A DNA stretch of 64,000 bases, from positions 160,001-224,000 of the forward strand of contig CAXXMB010000002.1 of the NCBI GenBank assembly GCA_963668675.2, written 5' to 3'. Shown here piece by piece: positions 59,077 through 64,000 of this stretch. How positions within the stretch are numbered: the first letter of the stretch is position 1; the number at the start of each line of letters is the position of its first letter. A program made the translations under genes and the position numbers. The notes under the pieces are model-generated. The model was not told where the DNA came from and searched no databases. It saw only the letters and a list, made by a program, of their open reading frames with translations. The stretch is from an uncultured Desulfatitalea sp. Lineage in GTDB: Bacteria; Desulfobacterota; Desulfobacteria; Desulfobacterales; Desulfosarcinaceae.

Positions 59077-62000
59077 ATGGGGTTTCGAGCGATTCGGTTT
59101 AAGTATCTATTGATGTGTCTGATCGCACCCTGCTTGATGTTGCATTTAGCAAGTGCCGCTGCGGCCGCCACATTCAGCTTTTCGGTCCAGGGCGACATTT
59201 CAGGACCGCTGGCCGGCGTCAATGTCTATGCGTTTACCGAATCCGGAAGCTACACCGGGGTCCATGCGGCAACCGACCTAAACGGCCACGCACTGTTCAC
59301 CAAAGAAGACCTCCCCGACAGCGACTACCGCTTTCGGGTCGACTACCTGGGCGGGCAATTCTGGTCCGATCCGGTCACCTTCCCCCTCGCGGATACAGCG
59401 GGTTTCATTATCGCCGAAGCCGACCTCGTTTTTATGGTCGCAGACAGCTTCAACCCCTTACCGTCTGTAAACACTTACCTTTTCAGCGAATCAGGGGCCT
59501 ACCTGGGTCTCAGCAGCACCACCGATGCCGCCGGTCGAGCGGCATACACCCTGCCGGCGGACATGAGTGTCAAGTGCCGAGCCGATTACATGGGATATCA
59601 ATTCTGGTCTGCGGCTGTTGCAGCATCTTCGGGACCGCAGATAGATCTGACGATCCCGTCGCAAAATCTTAATATCACGGTTCAAGGTGTTTTTCAGGGC
59701 GCCACCCAACCCCTCGAAGGCATCCCGGCCTACCTCTTCAAGCCGCCTTCCAGCTATATGGGGGCAGTCCTGACCACCGATGCCGACGGTCGCGCTACCT
59801 TCAACCTTCCGGACCAGGTCTACAAGGTGCGGGCCAACTATCTGGGCGGGCAATTCTGGTCGAACGATTTTTCAGCCTCCAACACCACCATTGACATCCC
59901 GCTGGCCGATGCCGCGATCAGCGTCACCGGCAACGGCGCCGCCCTCTCAGGCATCAAGGTTTATGTATTCAGCGGGGCCGGAGCTTACCTGGGCGTAAGC
60001 GGCACCACCGATGCCGCCGGGCAAGTTACCTTCCGCCTGCCCGCCGGAGAATACAAATTCCGGGCTGATTATCAGAACAGCCAGTACTGGAGCGTAACCG
60101 GGGACCTGCAGGCGGATGCGGTCAACCCGCTGGGCATTTCAACGGGCGGCGGCACATTTGCCCTGAACGTGAAAAAAGCGCCCGGCCTACCCATGGCCGG
60201 CACCAACTGCTACGCTTTTACGGCATCGGACAGTTACCTGGGCCTTGCCGCGGCCACCGATACCTCGGGCCAAGCGCACTTCGCACTGGCGGATGGCAGC
60301 TGCAAGTTCCGTATCGACCACCTGGGCTACCAATATTGGACGGATACCGTCACGATACCCGACACATTGTCGATTACGTTCACCCTGCCGCATCAAGACG
60401 CGACCGTCACGGTGACCGCCGACTACCAGGGAACTTTAAGTTCATTGGCAGATATTCCGGTCTACCTTTTCAAACCGGATGGGCCCTATCTCGGCATGAA
60501 CAGCACCACCAATGGCGCCGGCGAGGCGACATTCAATCTACCGGCCAACACCTATGCCGTTCGGGCCGATTACCTGGGTCAGCAATTCTGGTCCGACCCA
60601 TTCAACGGCCAGACAGTCCAGATCGAAATCCCCACGGGCATGGCCTCTGTGCATGTAACCAGCGCCGGACAGGATCTGGCCGGCGTGCCCGTGTACATTT
60701 TTACATCATCCGGGGCCTATCTGGGCATCCATGACGCCACAGATGGGACCGGTACTGTGTCGTTCACGCTGCCGGCCGGCAGCTACCGCATGCGGGCGGA
60801 TTACCAGGGCAGCCAATACTGGGCTGATGCAGCTGTGACAGCCGATACCGTCAGCCTGGTAAACTTGAGCACCGGCGGCGGTACTTTCAACCTGACCATC
60901 AACGACGGGGCGACGGCACTGACCGATACGCCGGTCTACGTTTTCAATACCGCCGGCAGCTACCTTGGCCTCAGCGGCACCACCGATGCCGACGGTACCA
61001 TCACTTTCGACCTGGCCGAAGGCGGCTACCGCTTCAGGGTCGATCTGCTCGGCGCCCAGTTCTGGAGCGCCGATTACAATGTGCCGGATATCTTGACAGG
61101 AACTTTTACCATCGCCCACCAGGACCTGACAGCCACCGTCCAGAACGACTATCCGTCGATCCAGGGCCTGGCCAATGTCCCCACATACCTGTTCTCGGCA
61201 GCCGGCGCCTATTTGGGCTGCAGCGCCAACACCGACGCCGACGGCCGGGTTGTGTACCGGCTGCCGGACCAGGGGTACAAGATCCGGGCAGACTACCTTG
61301 GCAATCAATTCTGGTCCGAAGTGTTCCAATCCCAGGACACAATCTTGACCATCTCCCATGGCATGGCGGAGATCCATGTCGCCAGGGCCGGCAGCGATCT
61401 GGCCGGTGCGCTGGTTTATCTTTTCTCAGCCACGGATACCTACCTGGGATGGAGTCAAACCACCGACGCCGCAGGCCGGGTATCTTTTCTGCTGCCGACT
61501 GCGTCGTACAAATTCAGAATCGACGAAACCGGGCGCCAGCACTGGAGCCCGTTGACAGCCGTCCCCGCAGGCCAGGCCATCGAGGTGCCCATCGTCATCG
61601 ACCCGCTGGCGGTGATGCTCAGCGCCACTCCCACACTGATTGCTCCCGGCCAGGATGCCACCCTCACCTGGACTTCGGAAAATGCGGAAACCTGCACCAT
61701 TGAACCGGATATCGGCTTCGTTGACCTCCAGGGCTCGATCCAGGTCTCCCCGACGGAAACCATCACTTATACCATTACCGCCGCCCGGGATACGGCCACC
61801 GTATCCGAAAGTGTCACGGTAACGGTCAATGCACCGCCGGAGTTCACCCTGATCGAACCGGACGGCACCGCCGATACCGCCGATCAGGCCTTTACCATCA
61901 CCTGGAATGATGCCGACCCGGATGACGATGCCCAGATCTCTCTTTTTTACGATACCGACGCTGTCGGCGCCGACGGCACCCTTATCGTGCAGGCGGTCAG

Positions 62001-64000
62001 CGAGGACGATACCGGCGACAGCCACGTCTGGGACACTGCGTCTTTGCCGGATGGCGATTACTTTGTCTATGCCGTGATTGAGGACGGCGTCAACCCACCG
62101 TTGATCCAGTACAGCCAAGGGCCCGTGACCATCAGCCATGAGCCCGTACCCACAAACGTCACCGCCGCAGTGGCGGGTTCCGGCATGTTCACCATCGCCC
62201 TGAGATCAGACGCCTCGGTCTGGATGTGGGGCAATTACATTCCCAACGGCGCCGGTGGATTCTATCAAAGCATCACACCGGTCCGCATTCAGGGCATTCC
62301 CAATGCCATCGCATTGGCTGACGGCACATACCCCACTCGGGTAGTGGCGGCCGATCGATCGCTCTGGGTTTGGGGGACCAACAACTACGGCCAGCTGGGC
62401 CTTGGAACGACGATCAACAACTGGATACCCACCCAGGTACCCGGAGTGACGGATGTTCAACAGGTCAGCACCAGCAACATGCATACGGTGATCCGCAAGA
62501 CGGACCGCACCCTGATGGCCACCGGCTTCAACTACAACGGCCAGCTTGGCGACGGATCAACGGTGAACCGAAACCAATTCGTCCCTGTGCAGGGGATGAG
62601 CAATATCGTCGACATTGCCTGCGGCAACACCCACACCGTGGCGCTCAGAGCCGACGGCACGGTCTGGACCTGGGGGCGGGGCTACGAAGGGGAATTGGGC
62701 AACGGCACCAACACGATGACCCAGCCTTCTCCGGTCCAGGCAGCCAACCTTTACAGCGTGGTGAATGTGGCCAGCGGAAGACATTTTTCCGCCGCCCTGA
62801 AATCCGACGGCACGGTCTGGACGTGGGGAGAAAACGGGAGCTATCAGCTTGGCGACGGCACCACCATCGACCACAACACGCCGGTCCAGGTACCCGGCAT
62901 TCCAACGATGGTCGCCATTGCCTGCGGCGCCGACAACATGTTTGCCCTCACTGCCAACGGCATCATCTGGGCGTGGGGCAACAATGCCGAAGGACAGACC
63001 GGCCTCGGCACATCGACGAACCTTATCACCACTCCCACGGCAACAACGGAAATCACCAATGTCTCCAGAATCTTCGCCGGCGCCGATTCGGGGTATGCCA
63101 TCCAATACAACGGCATGTTGCATGCCTGGGGCGACAATGGATTGGGCCAGATCGGCGACGGCACCACCAACATCCGGTTCAGCCCGGTACAGACCGTGGG
63201 CGAAAACGGGGAGGGTTTTTTCCAGTTGATAACCGGCAGCAGCCCGCCCCCCACGGCCACCCTGACGGCCACGCCGGCCCAGATCAACCAGTCCGAATCC
63301 ACCACCCTGACCTGGTCCACCACGGACGCAGACACCGTGACCATAAGTGAGATAGGAAGCGTTGCACCCAACGGAGAGCATACTGTGGCCCCAAGCCAGA
63401 CCAGCACCTATATCCTCACCGCTCTGGGGTCCGGTGGCGTTGTCACGGCAACTGCAACCGTGGACGTGATCTCACCCATCACCATCACCATCACCCACCC
63501 GGCCGCATCGCATGTGGATCGACCGGATATCCTGGTGGCCGGTACGGTGACCCATGCCAACGGTCTTGAGACCAGGGTCCTAGTCAACGATATACCGGCC
63601 ATGGTGTCCGACGGCCGGTTCGCCCTGAACCACCTGCCCCTGGCCGAGGGTGACAACACCATCACCATTACCGCCCTGGACGACCAGGGCAACTTCGCCC
63701 AGGAAGAGCTGACGATCGCCGCAAATACCGGCGAAGACTATGTCTCCCTGGAAGTTTCGCCGGAGAGCTGCCTCAGCCCGGCCGAAGTGAATCTAAGGAC
63801 AGGCGGCACCGTCACCCCGCAGTCGTCGACCCTCGCCGACACCGGACCAGGCGCCGTGACCTACCAGAGTGCCACCGCCAACACCTGGGATGCGTCCATG
63901 ACGGCTACCGGATTCTATTTCTTCACTCTGGAGGCTGTGGCCGCGAACAACCAGATGTATACCGACACCGTCGCCGTGCAGGTCTTGGACGAAGCCGCAA
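59077..64000 (+). CDS. Very large exported repeat protein (10 beta-rich repeats, Ig-like domains, RCC1/BLIP-II propeller); 3' end beyond the window
   Basis: Open frame from ATG 59077 (or 59050) to the window end; signal peptide MGFRAIRFKYLLMCLIAPCLMLHLASAAAA; repeats VY.F...G.YLG..TDA.G...F.LP...Y..R.DY.G.QFWS; ALRADGTVWTWG-type blades. Confidence 0.92.
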   Translation, partial: MGFRAIRFKYLLMCLIAPCLMLHLASAAAAATFSFSVQGDISGPLAGVNVYAFTESGSYTGVHAATDLNGHALFTKEDLPDSDYRFRVDYLGGQFWSDPVTFPLADTAGFIIAEADLVFMVADSFNPLPSVNTYLFSESGAYLGLSSTTDAAGRAAYTLPADMSVKCRADYMGYQFWSAAVAASSGPQIDLTIPSQNLNITVQGVFQGATQPLEGIPAYLFKPPSSYMGAVLTTDADGRATFNLPDQVYKVRANYLGGQFWSNDFSASNTTIDIPLADAAISVTGNGAALSGIKVYVFSGAGAYLGVSGTTDAAGQVTFRLPAGEYKFRADYQNSQYWSVTGDLQADAVNPLGISTGGGTFALNVKKAPGLPMAGTNCYAFTASDSYLGLAAATDTSGQAHFALADGSCKFRIDHLGYQYWTDTVTIPDTLSITFTLPHQDATVTVTADYQGTLSSLADIPVYLFKPDGPYLGMNSTTNGAGEATFNLPANTYAVRADYLGQQFWSDPFNGQTVQIEIPTGMASVHVTSAGQDLAGVPVYIFTSSGAYLGIHDATDGTGTVSFTLPAGSYRMRADYQGSQYWADAAVTADTVSLVNLSTGGGTFNLTINDGATALTDTPVYVFNTAGSYLGLSGTTDADGTITFDLAEGGYRFRVDLLGAQFWSADYNVPDILTGTFTIAHQDLTATVQNDYPSIQGLANVPTYLFSAAGAYLGCSANTDADGRVVYRLPDQGYKIRADYLGNQFWSEVFQSQDTILTISHGMAEIHVARAGSDLAGALVYLFSATDTYLGWSQTTDAAGRVSFLLPTASYKFRIDETGRQHWSPLTAVPAGQAIEVPIVIDPLAVMLSATPTLIAPGQDATLTWTSENAETCTIEPDIGFVDLQGSIQVSPTETITYTITAARDTATVSESVTVTVNAPPEFTLIEPDGTADTADQAFTITWNDADPDDDAQISLFYDTDAVGADGTLIVQAVSEDDTGDSHVWDTASLPDGDYFVYAVIEDGVNPPLIQYSQGPVTISHEPVPTNVTAAVAGSGMFTIALRSDASVWMWGNYIPNGAGGFYQSITPVRIQGIPNAIALADGTYPTRVVAADRSLWVWGTNNYGQLGLGTTINNWIPTQVPGVTDVQQVSTSNMHTVIRKTDRTLMATGFNYNGQLGDGSTVNRNQFVPVQGMSNIVDIACGNTHTVALRADGTVWTWGRGYEGELGNGTNTMTQPSPVQAANLYSVVNVASGRHFSAALKSDGTVWTWGENGSYQLGDGTTIDHNTPVQVPGIPTMVAIACGADNMFALTANGIIWAWGNNAEGQTGLGTSTNLITTPTATTEITNVSRIFAGADSGYAIQYNGMLHAWGDNGLGQIGDGTTNIRFSPVQTVGENGEGFFQLITGSSPPPTATLTATPAQINQSESTTLTWSTTDADTVTISEIGSVAPNGEHTVAPSQTSTYILTALGSGGVVTATATVDVISPITITITHPAASHVDRPDILVAGTVTHANGLETRVLVNDIPAMVSDGRFALNHLPLAEGDNTITITALDDQGNFAQEELTIAANTGEDYVSLEVSPESCLSPAEVNLRTGGTVTPQSSTLADTGPGAVTYQSATANTWDASMTATGFYFFTLEAVAANNQMYTDTVAVQVLDEAA

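Noticed and set aside
59115..63692. Many overlapping track ORFs (e.g. 62370-63350, 62557-63381) and apparent DNA repeats or CRISPR
   Set aside because: Shadow frames of the giant ORF; the periodicity is coding repeat, with no constant repeat-spacer structure

Overview
64 kb of a bacterial chromosome whose gene content and repeat types suggest an anaerobic Desulfobacterota (Desulfobacterales-like) organism; this taxon call is inference. No rRNA, tRNA, CRISPR array, integrase or transposase is visible. From left to right it holds: a membrane-lipid modification cluster (desaturase, GPH-type MFS, DUF1295, two Cfa-like methyltransferases, DUF1365, lipocalin, FAD oxidoreductase); SSADH, VOC, ABC-F, SDR and two spermidine-synthase-like genes; a DUF4242-cyclase fusion; rubrerythrin and a radical SAM gene; an AT-richer Sel1 / small exported protein / TPR block; DHH, USP, DUF47 and a deleted PiT gene; a Nudix / selenoprotein / MBL trio; S2P-CBS, USP and a full mrpABCDEFG operon; acyl-CoA dehydrogenase, rsgA, TSUP, an MttB-like methyltransferase and dodecin; several exported proteins; integron-like cassettes (transglutaminase, TumE-like TA pair); and a >1640 aa repeat protein that runs off the window end. 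Highlights the ORF track does not show: (1) the C-terminus of a small exported protein and the N-terminus of the adjacent TPR protein share a 22-aa amyloid-signalling-like motif, a candidate extracytoplasmic templating system; (2) a stand-alone PrdB/GrdB-like selenoprotein, split in the track at an in-frame UGA that is followed by a SECIS-like hairpin; (3) attC-like sites with no integrase in the window; (4) two families of palindromic repeats and two internally deleted pseudogenes.
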